A DNA stretch of 64,000 nt from Octopus sinensis. Taxonomy: Eukaryota. A model generated the notes under the pieces. That model worked only from the letters and a program-made list of their open reading frames with translations, did not search any database and was not told the DNA's origin. The stretch's first letter is position 1; every line of letters starts with the position of its first letter. This document shows, in pieces, positions 26,906 through 39,591 of this stretch. Location of the stretch: positions 26,796,464 to 26,860,463 of the forward strand of contig NC_043011.1 in NCBI RefSeq assembly GCF_006345805.1, read 5' to 3'. Made by a program: the position numbers and the translations under genes.

Positions 26906-27782
26906 GGATCTTTTGTTTAGTTACCTAGGAAAATCTGGCCTTCAAAAGAAAAGATCCAAAAGATCTTTTTTTTATATATGGGGGGGGGGTTAGGGGTAGG
27001 GGTAGGAGAAAAGAGTTTCTGTTATCTTCAGAAATGTAAACAAAGTCACGTGTGTACCTATACCGAAGGTTCGCCATCTTGAGAAATTAGGCTTCTCAAA
27101 ACCAGAAAGGAGAAAGCTGATTCGAAGACTACAGATCCAAGCCATCATTGGCGCTGTCAAAATCTGTAAAACTTTCCAGAAGTTTATCATTTAAGTATAT
27201 AATGAGCATGTCTAGACATGCAACTATATGCATGATAATACATACATAAAACAAAACATATAAATCTGCACACATACATACATACATGGTGGCTGCCCCC
27301 TCGTTATCGAGTATGACCATTGCACGAAGCTTAATCAATGTTGTTATCGTACAATGCCTGTGCAAGAAGTTTTTTTTTAAGTGAGGAAAGGCTGTGCACT
27401 GAGTCAATCCCACTCACTAAGCAACAGCAGCCATAATCCGAAAAGAAGAACAAGTCAACATCATCGGTAACCACTGAGCCGCAGTTTATGTCGGAGTTAT
27501 CCCAGTTACCTGAGTTACCTTTTCCTAGAAGGATGCCCTAACAAAGGCTAGGAGTCCTTCACTCCCAATGGTTTAACTGCGCGATCGGGTATTCAGTCCT
27601 ATTATTTCTATGTCCCCGCGCATGATACAACCTTAAGACAATTATTGGATGGCCGTCGACTCTCAAGAGTTTCTCTGCCTTTTGACGGGTTTTGTTTTTC
27701 ATCCCGCAAGGTGTCCAATAAACACCCTCCTCACCAAACAAGCTTGATAGTGTTGCCGGTTTGGTCGCCGACGACTCGACCA

Positions 27783-27814
<32 letters not shown>

Positions 27815-29755
27815 CATACATACATACATGTTTACTCAGTAGAGAAGACCATCATGAGATGAGGCAACGAACACCTAAACAATTAATCTGAGGGCACAGC
27901 TGTTCCATGTGAACCAAGGATGGCTGGACTCACCTACTTAAATAGAGACTTGGAAGAAAATATTCATTATATCACCAGAAAGTTATGCATGGGTACATGT
28001 TCAAGCAACATTGACAGGAATAATAACTTCTGGAACTGTGATAAGTACGTCATATCTCGTCTTCTCTCTAAGAATTGGAGATAGCTACTTAATACATTTT
28101 AACGGTGTAGGTATAAAGTCTTCCTTGGTTTTACTACGAAATCTTGCATGCCATTATGTAACATATGTTACGTGTTCACTCGTGAAAATAGTACAAGAAA
28201 CGAAGTTTAAAAACAACAGCGTAACTTTATTCTTCGTTAAATAATACAGTGGGCAAAATAAACACATCACGAATTCTGGTTTTATAGTTAATCCATCTTT
28301 TGGATAATTCAGCTTTGGCCGTCGTTGGTTGCATGTGTTCCGTTATATTAATTCTGTTCTGTTGCATAACGACAGGAAAATTACATGATTCGCCTTCATG
28401 AAAATCGCTCACCCCTCTATCCGAGATGATTTGTTAGACCTATATAGAGACAGAAGAAGGTAGGCTCCAGCTCAGGTTCAGATTAGTTGTTTGAAAATGT
28501 ATTGCGATCCGTGTCTCGCGCAATCAAATTACAGGACTCTACCAATGTTCTAAACTCACGTGATAGGTAAGACAACCAATCATTACAGATTAACATGGGG
28601 AACCTATAAAAGGTTAGTCGATTTCAATATCACAATAGAAATTGGTCTCGCTACAGCATAATCAGCAAAAGAGATATGGATGCTCCTGAACCCCTACGCT
28701 TTGATAATGTCTACTATGAGACATGACATTGTTACCAAAACTTATTATTATTATTATGCAAGAAGGATCTTTTCTGTTTAATAAACGATGCTGTGGCATT
28801 GTTCTATGGTAGATTCATATCTCTGTGAATGTATGTGGCACGGGTGATATGAAAATTGTGATTTGTTCGAGAAATTGATTGAATGCATTTTAAATATTCG
28901 TTTTCAATTTTTAAAATATTTGATTTATAATTCACTATTTTGTTTTTAGATAAATCTTTTTAAGTTCGTACTAATGCTTAAGTGTATTTTTTAAGCATAT
29001 TTAATTTGTAATGTTTTGCTTCGTATCGCATGTAAAGCGTTGTTTATCGCATTTAATACATATTGAATGCTTAAAACTACAAAAGACGTATTGTTTACTC
29101 TTTCTTTTCTTTTTCTTTTTTTGACATTGAGGTGGTTGTGAGGTGTGCTGAAAACAACAGCTAAATAACGTTTTTGGGATCTTTTCGGTTTGACCGGCAG
29201 TTTTTAAAAATAATTTCCACGTAACTAACCACTTTTATACTTCGAATACTGGTAGAATGTCTTTTTCTCTCGGCTTTATTGGGAAAATTCTATAGTTTGT
29301 AAGATATTTGTTGTTTTTTCTTCAATTTCTGCAATTTCAATGACGTCTATTGAGGTGAAAACATTCTGTGCCGTATGAATATGCCTCTAGTTTAAGAAAC
29401 AGATTGGGTTTATTTACATTTCTGAAGAAAAAAAAAATATACCCTTTCCCCCACCCCAACCCTAGCTAACCCTAACTATAACCCTAAAACAGATTGAAAT
29501 CTTTTAAGTTCGTGCTATCGCATTAAATGCATATTGAATGCTTCAAACTACAAAAGACGTGTTGTTTACTCGCTTTCCGCGTGTAGAATATAAATATTGA
29601 CAACCCGTGCTATTTTCAGGATGTTGATGACAAAATGTGCAGTCACGCACAAAATGACAGCTTCCAAATCCTGTTTCTTGACTGGGTGAAAATGATCAAA
29701 CTTTGAACCTCTGTAACTTTTTAAAAACATTTTTCTGGAAAAAGTGAAATAATTC

Positions 29756-30741
29756 TGTAGAACGACCGTGCGAAAAGGAGATGGTGACGAATGAATGACT
29801 CCTTTAAACACCGCACGGTCGCATTACAATAAAAGCCAAAATATGGATAAATGAATACAAGTGCCAAGAAGGAATAAGAAGACGACACAACCGTAGAATG
29901 TAAGAGAAAGGTTTTATTCAGGTGTTGACATGTGGGTAGCAGAGTGTGTGTCTGTGTGTTCGACATAAGTACATATATAATAAGAACAATAATAATAGAC
30001 AATAGACAGGCCGTAAATGCATACAATAATGCGTATGTGCGCTACAAACAAGGTGTTTGCGTGTGGGATAAAATACAGAGCATAGAAATGAGTCTATCAG
30101 GACACTAGAAGAAGATCTGACACAAGATGGAGATAAATACCAGTTCGTAGTAATGAACGCAATAGTTGTAGTTCTGTACAAGTGGTTGAGGTCACAAAGT
30201 AGAGCCGGTTGAAACTCATGTTGAGTAAGCGGTTGTGGATGCTATGCTGTGCTGGGTTACTTGATGCAGAAAGTTCTCGCAGGTTGAGCTAGCTATTAAC
30301 CTTGGTGAGTATTCACAAACAGCGTGAAGTTAAACCTAGGTGATGTTGCTGTGCATGTATTGATGTTGGTGGCGACGTTAAGGTGAGGGCGACTGTGGTG
30401 AAGGCCCTGAAATGCTGCTAGTGGTGTCGCGGTCGCTGGAACATGGCTGTGTCGCTGGATGCTCTGTGGTCAGTGGTGAGAACCAAAGACAAGCTCGATT
30501 CGATGAATCGCTGGGTTTTATAGCAATCTAGAGGCTCAAACGAGCATTAGAAAAACAGTGTCACGGGACCTTATCAGAAGGTTGCGATTGGTTGGCTTGC
30601 ACATTGGCGCGAAATAAAGCAAGAGATAAACTGCACCAAAACCAACCAATCAGAGTAGTGGACACAACTAGGCCTAAGCGGCCGAAGGCTAACTGTTATC
30701 TGCTACGTAAGAGAAGATTAATTTCACTAAGCTCCGCTACA
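29756..30741 (-). mobile_element. Solo LTR (986 bp) with TGTAG...CTACA ends and a 4-bp target-site duplication ATTC
   Basis: ATTC at 29752-29755 and 30742-30745. CCAAT boxes and TATAAAA lie near the 5' end and AATAAA near the 3' end on the minus strand. The 3' end resembles 39170-39331. Confidence 0.85.
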
Positions 30742-30896
30742 ATTCCAACAATTCAGCTTGGAAAACTACATTAATGTGCCAAATTTTGACAGCCAAACAG
30801 AAAAGACCCCGCAAGAATTGTTTCGATGATCATACTAAATACATACCAGGACCAGAGAGTAATTGCACCTTTAAAAATAAAGAATACTACTGGAAT

Positions 30897-30985
<89 letters not shown>

Positions 30986-32182
30986 CAGCAATTCAGTGTA
31001 AGCCCAATAGGTCATATGTGGTTGCATGGAATAGGAAGAAAAACACTCTGTTACATAGACAAAGGAACCGTGAAAATTAAATAGATTTTATTTTTAGAAA
31101 AGAATTTAATGAAAGCAAACAAGATGTATACGCAACCGACTTTGTGGCATCATAAGTTCCAGAAAAAGGAATACTTTTTAACGAAACTTTCAACTAAAAA
31201 TGCTGAGATCCTGTAGATTGAGTGTTTGTGAAGATTTGGTGGAAGAATTTTTCCGAGGGGTTGGGGAAAGGAATTTCGGAAAATTCACGACTCGACATTT
31301 CCCCCTTGTAACTTTCAGGAAAATGGGTATTTTTTAATGAAATTTTATACAAATACCTTTCAAACGGTGTAGATTACATTTACAAAGAAATTTGTAAGCA
31401 AAATCTTTTGGGAGCGGGGGGGGGGGTAGTTTCTGGAAAACGGAGTCTCAGATCAGACGGCCCACATAAGTAGGAATTTCTCCGTTTGGACGGAGATTTT
31501 TGCCAATTTTTTTTTCAGCACAATCTTCGGAATGACGGGAGGGACCTTTTCACGAAGAAAAGAAAAATTTAAAAAAAAAGTTTTTTACTTCTGCCACCCC
31601 CTCACCATCCCAGCCCAGACCGATTTTGGCCTACTCATTTTGGATCTTTACCTTTTGACCGACATATTTATTCAGCTGAATAAAATTACTGCCATTGTTT
31701 GTCAACAACTATCGGCGGTGTATTTTTCGTTTGTCACTGTTATTTATGACATCGTTCGTGCGTTTGTACTGGTTTTAGCTTTAAGGTTTTAGGGTTAGGG
31801 TTGTCAAACAACAGTGGCAAACGAAATATACACCGCTGGAAGTTCTTGTTGACCAAAGCAGTAGTATGCACGTCATTGATTGGTTGAAATTACCGAAATA
31901 GGGCAACTTTAACGTGAGATAAATTCGTAAATATAAGTTTTTCTCTAAAATGCTAAGAGTAAAAGATGTTTTATATGACACATTCTACCAGTGTCCGAAG
32001 TTTGAAAGAGTATCTGTCGGTCAAAAGGTAAAGATCATTTTCATTGAGAATTTTAAAATCTTCGAGTGGTTGGAAGAAACGAAAAGAATCCAAAATTACC
32101 GTTACATCGTGTGTGATGCGTTTATGCATTTGGGAACTTACACAATTTATCTTTTGTTTTGACTTGTAGAGCTGTCACCTGC

Positions 32183-32428
32183 GTTCGTTAATTCCCGTAA
32201 AAATTTGTTTTAAAATGAAAGAGAAGAGAAAGTGTAAGATATATGTACGTGTATATGAAATGGATGTGTGTGTGTGAGAGAGAGAGAGAGAGAAAGAAAG
32301 AGAGAAGAAGGGAGAAAAAGAATGACTGAGGGGTGTGTTGTGATATATACGTATATACATCAATACATATGCATACATCTTTTTTGTATGTACATGTGCG
32401 TGTGTGTGTGTGACACTGAATCGGCCAT

Positions 32429-32459
<31 letters not shown>

Positions 32460-32699
32460 TACATTCAGACATACATATACACATATACCGAGTAAATAAT
32501 TACACTGAATCGGCCATACATACACACACACATACATAGATACATACACACACACACACATACATACATATACACATACACCGAGTAAAAAATTTCAGTT
32601 ATCTCTCTCTTTCACACATTACTCTCTCTGTCTCTTCACACACACTAACAGAAGCACTTCACTTACACAACATACTGTCTGTCTCCCACACCCCATCAA

Positions 32700-32730
<31 letters not shown>

Positions 32731-33004
32731 CATCAATGCTTCGGGGACTTCAAAAGAAATTCCCTCGTCATAAAATCGCTTCCTCTTAGTCTCTTTCGCT
32801 CTCATTACTTCAAATGTTCCCGCAAACCCATATGTAAAAAAAAAAAGTTTTTTACGGAAATCATCGACGGAAACGTGCTACTACAAACGAAAGATCGCCG
32901 CACTTTCTTTCACACACACATACACATACACGCTCGTACATCTTTCACTTTCTCCTCTCTTTCAAAAATAAATAAATAAAAATAATTTACGGAAATTAAC
33001 GAAC
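32183..33004. mobile_element. Fold-back MITE with internal tandem ~60-bp units
   Basis: Inverted ends gttcgttaattcccgtaaa / tttacggaaattaacgaac. The unit ccgagtaaataattacactgaatcggccatacata is repeated internally. Confidence 0.7.
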
Positions 33005-33337
33005 AAAACAGCTGATACGGATGACAGTTCGTTGACAACTTTGAGAGTTATAACGAAACATAGCCTACGTTTGCATTATATTCTAATAATAATCGAGAGT
33101 AAAGTTACGTATTGAATATTTATACAGAAATGACTCGGCGTCCGAGCGCGTTCGCGTTTGCGTGTGCATTTGTCCGTCCGTGCGCGTTATTCATTCATTT
33201 CGTAACTGAGCGTGAGAAAAATAAAGAGAAAAGTTACTCGAAATGACAATCGAAATAAGGTCGCGAAATTCGGTTCGCTAAAATATATTTTTAACGGCAG
33301 GAGAGACCCATGAATGTAGCAGTAAACAGTATGACAT

Positions 33338-34652
33338 TTAAGCTGTGTTGAATTATGATAATATATCAGAACAAACAAACATAAGATAAGAGGAAATTAA
33401 GAATGAAAACATCAACAAAGATTTACTAAAACTCATTAATAGAAGAAATTGCTCAATTACCTCCCTTGAATAATGACGTATTCTTGGAGAAATCAGTTAC
33501 GAAAGAAAGTTTAATTATTAAATTTGTAAAATATAGACAAGAAAAGCAAATTCTATAAAAGTACTTATATCAAACAATAATAAATGATGAACTGAATAAA
33601 ATACTTAATAAATTCTCTTATTTGTTTTTAGTGTAAATAATAGAATGGAATATATTGTTTATATAAAATCAGTCAATGATTTTGCCATTAAATGTATATA
33701 ATAAAAATGTCAACTAGCATAATCATACTTACCTGGCACAGGGGTAAACCATGATCAGCTAGGTGGTTCTCCCAGAGTGAGGCCCTTCCATTGCACTCCG
33801 GTTGGGTTGACCTTTGCGATCGCCCCAAATGTGGGCGACTCGGGTGCGCTATTTCTAAGTGTGGGGTCTGCGTTCGCGCTCACCCCGTAAATCAAACAAA
33901 GAACAGACTGAATATTCCCTCTCCATTTTTACTTTATCCTTGATTTTATCAATACATGAGATGATATAATCTGTGTACAAATATATTTATTTACTTCATT
34001 CGATTGTGCCCGAGCTGGAGCCAAAAAGACTTCAATTTCAAACCCATTTGCTTTACTCTAATCAGATTAAAGTTGATTCGCGGAGCGGATATAGACTATT
34101 CCAATTCATAATGTTGGCTAAACGGATCAGTTTTCATTATAACAATTTTATTAATAGGTAGGCATACATATGTACAAAAAAAGACAAATACATACGCGAT
34201 TGAGTTTGAAAGTAATGTAATTTTTATTATCCTCGCGTGCACAACAGTGAGAGATAGAGGACTTCGCTTTCCTTTACACACACACACATATATACATTGA
34301 GGCCTTCCGCAGTTTCTCTCTACCAATTTCACCGACCAGGTATTAGTCGGTCCGAGGCGATAGCAGAAGTCACGCAGTAGCACTGAATGCAAAACCACGT
34401 GACTGCAAAGCGAGCTTCTTAACCACAGTCGTACCTGCTTCTATAAGAGAATATTTATTGAGAAAGGGCTAGTCGATTGTATCGATCCCTGGGCTCAGCT
34501 GGTACCTATTCCATCGATCTCGAAAGTATGAAAAACAAAGTTGACCTCGGCGGAAATTCAACTTAGAAAGTAAAGACGAAGAAATGCTGTTAAGTATTTT
34601 GTCCGGCATGCTAACCATTCTGCCAACAGTTTTTGCCCAGAGCTCGAGAAAA
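33338..34652 (+). repeat. Right arm of the inverted duplication carrying U1
   Basis: Mirror of 25612-26905. The last 25 nt (34628-34652) additionally mirror 25034-25060. Confidence 0.95.
33725..33887 (+). ncRNA. U1: U1 spliceosomal snRNA, variant, copy 2
   Basis: Same hallmarks as copy 1. Followed by AAAGAACAGA, which resembles the 3' half of an snRNA 3' box. Confidence 0.95.
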
Positions 34653-35299
34653 GAGGTTCCTTTTCTCATTCTCTCTTGCTCACACATATTCTCTCTCACC
34701 CTCTGCAACAGTTTCTCTCTTTTAGTCTATGTCTTCTTTCCTTTCTTTTTCCCTCCTCCCTCTTTCTTTTTTCTTTCTCCCTCTTTCTTTCTTTCGTTCT
34801 TTCTTTTTTCTCTCTCCCTCCTTCTTTCTTTGTTTCTTTCTCCCTCCCTCTTTCTTTCTTTTTTCTCTCTTTCTCCCTTCCTCCTTTTTTCTGTCTTTCT
34901 TGCTTTCATTCTGTTCGATTAAAGGCGGTGCTCCAGCATGGTCACAACCAAATGACTGAAACAAGTAAATGAATAAAGAAAAACTATGCCATTTTAATCA
35001 TGAGTAACGCTGGGTATCTGCTACTAAATAATAAACAAGAGCATTAAAAGTTGCATATGAATGAATTTTAAGCCTCTGTGCTCACAAAGGAATCCAAAAC
35101 TGCTTGTTGTCATGGAAATTCTGCTAATGACAGGTAAGTTTTTATAAAGAACTAGAGATCGGTGCGATTACAAAAATTATTTGCAGAAGCTCTATGCAGA
35201 CGATTATTTTCTTTTCGCCATACCATGCCGAGATCGTAATACATTCGAAGAATGCATTCGTCTATCAAATCTACAGGCAACAACTATTATGTATATAAT

Positions 35300-35330
<31 letters not shown>

Positions 35331-38300
35331 TATATATATATTATATATATATATATATAAAAGACGATGTAGAAGTGTTCAGCTCTTGCCGAACGACCCG
35401 AACAAATGATTTGTTAAATCAACGTTGTCTGAAGAGGTACGCAGTGTTATTAAAATCACTCTGAATAAATCCTAGCAATAATCTTTTCAGGCTTTCCAAT
35501 ATTTTAAAATTATATAAACAGAAACAATCGGGGGCAGGAAGTGGGGCTAAAAAATCATGGATTTTCAAATTTTTGATTTTTTTTATAGCATAAATATGCT
35601 TATGGAGGAAAATATTGCAAAACAATCATACATATTTGAGCGAGAAAAAAAAAAAAAAAACTAGGGTGGTCTTGCGATGTGCTAGAAACAACAGCCAAAT
35701 CTCAGATTTTCCTCTGAAATTATTAACATTTTTTAAAACCGAAAATATTTCTCTCGCGGGATTTAAATGCATAGTGAAAAAATAAAATAGACCAAAATCG
35801 GTCCGGGCGGGATAGTGAAGGGTGGCAGAAGTAAAAAAAAAATTTTTTAATTTTCTTCTTTTCTTCGTGAAAAGGTGCCTCCCATCATTCCGAAGATTGT
35901 GCTGGAAAAAAATTGGTAAAAATCTCCGTCCAAACGGAGAAATTCCTACTTATGTGGGCCGTCTGATCTGAGACTCCGTTTTCCACAAACTACCCCCCCT
36001 CCTTTAATTTCCGTTAAAACATTTTCCGTAAAAATTTGTTTTAAAGTGAAAGAGAAGAGAAAGTGAAAGATATATGTACGAAATGAATGAAAAACGCGCA
36101 CGGACGGACACACACGAACGCGCTCGGACGCGGAGCCATTTCTGTATAAATATTCAATACGTAACTTTACTCTCGATTATTAGAATATAATACAAAGGTA
36201 TTACATACAACTTCGACCATTTTACTTTGTTTATTTAATGTTTTCTTTGGAAAGAGAATCTAGCTATAACAAAAAAAAAAACACTACAAAAAGTAAAGTA
36301 AAATAAAACAATTTAGTAGAGTTTCGGGTCAAGACGTTTGATGTCCTAGAAACAACAGCTAAATATCCCTTAAAACACACAACTTTGCGTCTGAAAATAT
36401 TTTCATTAAATAAAATTTTTTTTAACGAATTTGTTGGGTAGCAAAGTTCTATCACACACACACACGACGGGTTTCTTTCTGTTTCCTTCTACCAAATCCA
36501 CTCAGAAGGATTTGATTGGCCCGAGGCTATAGTAGAATATAGAGCAAAAACAAAACAACGGGCCAAAATCTGTCTGGAGTGAGGTATAAAGGGAGGAAGG
36601 GTGAAAAAAATCATTAATTTTCAAAAATAATTTTCATAGTTTTCATCATATCGGAGACCGGCGTGGATAAAAAAAATTGGAAAAATCCCCGTCAAAACGG
36701 AGAAAATCCAACTTACGTTGGCGTCCTGATCCGAAACTCTGCCCAGAACTTGTTTAAAGTTTTCAATTTTTTTTTACATATAAAACGGTGGTAAGTTGGT
36801 CTCGCCTTTATTCTTGCCATGTATAATTACCGTTATTTGGAGGGTTTTTTTTTTCGATTTATTTAATCTACAATTTCTCTAATAATTTATGATCAACAAT
36901 TATGAAAAAAAAAAAATACTTAAAATTTTGAAAAAAAAATCTTGAGATTCGTAATCTCAGTATTTTTAAACATTGGCTCCCACACAAGCAAAAGAGGAAA
37001 ACTACTAGCTAAGCACAGAATACGGGGTAAAGTGGGAGTGGGTAAGGAAAAACCCCCCAAAAAACAACGGGACAAAATCAAACAGGATTAACAGATCACA
37101 CAGTAAATAATAAAAGGGGAATTTATTTAAAATTCAAATAATTTTTGTGAACGCTTTCAGTTTGTGATCATAAGTTAAAAGTGCTAATATTGATACTATT
37201 CAGCAATGTTCAGCTGGATGTATGCAGTTCCCACCGTTTATTAGAATCCAGGTAAAAAAAAAAAAGTTACGGTAATAAAGTCACAGGAAAAAAAAGTGAT
37301 GGGGGTTTTGACCTTGGGAGTTTTGTCTGGATCCCATAAATTAATTGCGACTTTTTTCCTGTGACTTTATAAACGGCCACCGTTCATTATATAAGTAAAA
37401 TAGCTTCTCAAAGTTTTAATTTTCCTCTTTTGCTTGTGAAAATAACAGTGACAAACGAAAAATACACCGCCGATAGTTGTTGTTGACAAACAACGGCAGT
37501 AATTTTATTCAGCTGAATACACGTCATTGATTGGTTGAAATTACCGAAATACGAGAACTTGAACGTGAAATAACTTCCTAAATATAAGCTTTTCTCAAAA
37601 ACGCTAAGAATAAAAGATGTTTTATTTGACACATTCTACCAGTGTCCGAAGTTTGAAAGTGTTTAGTTACAAAAGATTATTTTTTAAATCTCGGTCAAAA
37701 GGTAAAGCTCTCCAAGTGCCATTGACTGAGTTTGAGCGCGAACCTCTACGTGTAGACTCATACACACGAATGCATGCGCATAAATATTTAAACATACCCT
37801 TGACACATACATTTTGCTTTCTTTCTACACAGCGTACGACTGTTACTGTAAAGGATACAATGAAAGTTGTAGGGTTTAGAAAAAGGAGACGACGACGAAG
37901 AGGTCAGTCTGCGAGAAGTGTTCACTTAAAGTGACCGACGGGCCTGGGGACAGCTAGAAAAGGTGGGCTAACAACACTTGGAATTAGCTTGTTATAAGTG
38001 AAGTAACATGACATGGTATTACATCACAAAACCCCCATTCACGCTGTTTCATTGAAAAAAGGTAATCCACTTCCCACGATGTTTCTATAATTCAATTGGC
38101 GTCGTTTTACGTCAATTAAGCGTTAAACCCAACATTTCAAAATGGAAGTGGAACGCTCCATTAGTCAGGCTGGAGTTACTTCCCGTGGTCACGAGGGAAA
38201 GCCGAATAATGAGTTGCTTCCCCTTAAACAGCGAAGAAATCCAGTTGTGCGTTTCTTTATAGGGAAAGGTAATAAACACAACGTGTTGTTTCCTTTGAAA

Positions 38301-38475
38301 TAGGGAAACACAATTTGCTGATGACATTCGCCATGACGGCGGACATCAAAGAAATGAATCCGATGTTGCCATCCATGGTTACACTTTCTATATCGGAGAA
38401 GCTGTTAAGACAGCATCGACTGACAATTCTCGCCAGGTGATGCAATACATAAGACTTCTTCCCTTTTATTAAGGA

Positions 38476-38985
38476 CTAGCAGTATCGCCCGGCGTTGCTC
38501 GGGTTTGTAAGGGAAATAACTATATAAGCATTTTTAGAGAGTTACTTCCCTTATAGATGCCAATTCGGGCTTTCTTAGTCATTTCTGTTTTGGTGTCTTC
38601 AAGCCACGAAGTCGTTGTTCTAAAAGAACGCTGGTCTCCTTGACAACGCATTACGACGTTGATTTCTTTACACTCCCTTCCCCACAGCTTCACGAGGGAG
38701 GGAAGGGGGAGAAGCAAACAGGTGCAGGTGTGAGCGTGGACGCCAACTCTGCCGCCATCGACACACGAAAAATTATGCATTAAAATGGAATAAAAAATGA
38801 TGTTAAATTATTTTTAAAATCGTAGACTCATCGTTGACGCGCGCTAATAGCCAGACGGGCTCGATATGAATCACGACTATAAGATACCCGAATTTGGTTA
38901 AACTGCACCGCAAAATGTGGGAGGAGTTAGGAATCTAAATCGAAGGGGACAGACACTCACACAACTAGAGTTTTATATATATAGA
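38476..38985 (-). mobile_element. Non-autonomous Helitron, same family as 13271-13665 but with a different internal segment
   Basis: TCTATATATATAAAA start, cccgagcaacgccggg hairpin, CTAG end, A/T target. Confidence 0.8.
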
Positions 38986-39009
38986 TTAGGGTTAACCTAC
39001 AATTACCTA

Positions 39010-39331
39010 TGTTATGGCTACAAAACCAATAAGTACACGAAATGAATATATAAAAACATAATGTACAACTACTGTTTATTGTATCAAACCTTTGTCCGTC
39101 ACTGCTGTACCACGGGCTGGAGTTCGACGCTCTTATTCTCTTATTGTACACTTCTGTAAATAAAGTCTTCTTCTCTCAAACAGTAGAACGGTTGTCGTCC
39201 TCATTATTCCTTTGGCACTTTATTCTTTATACCATGTATCGTGGCTATATATTTTTGTTAGGGGCGATCATGCGGCGTTTAAAAGGAGACACTCCGTCAC
39301 CAACTCCTTACGTACGGTCGTATTCCCTACA
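39010..39331 (+). mobile_element. Short related solo LTR
   Basis: TG...CA ends, TATATAAA and AATAAA. The 3' half aligns by eye with the 3' end of 29756-30741. The target-site duplication is imperfect. Confidence 0.55.
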
Positions 39332-39591
39332 ACCTGAAGATCTATTACACAGACTTACGTACGTACATGCGCATATATCTAAGTGGACACAGCTTTTCAA
39401 TTTCCTTAACGCATTCATTTTGCATTGCGGAGACTTGTGGTTTAGTGGTTAGGGTACTGGACTCATGATAGCAAGATTGTGGTTTCGATTCCTGAAACAG
39501 GCGACTCGTATTATTGCTGCTGGCAAAATGAGTAATCCTGCGACGGATCGGTGTCCCGTCCAGGTGAGGAATATATACGCCATGAGGGCGG

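Noticed and set aside
29457-29490. Interstitial telomere (CCCTAA-like; also about 22300, 26990 and 31790)
   Set aside because: There are only 2-4 degenerate units, always inside the same dispersed repeat family.
32400-32600. CRISPR-like repeat-spacer array
   Set aside because: There are only 2-3 units separated by CA/CATA microsatellite inside a MITE. The context is eukaryotic and there are no cas genes.
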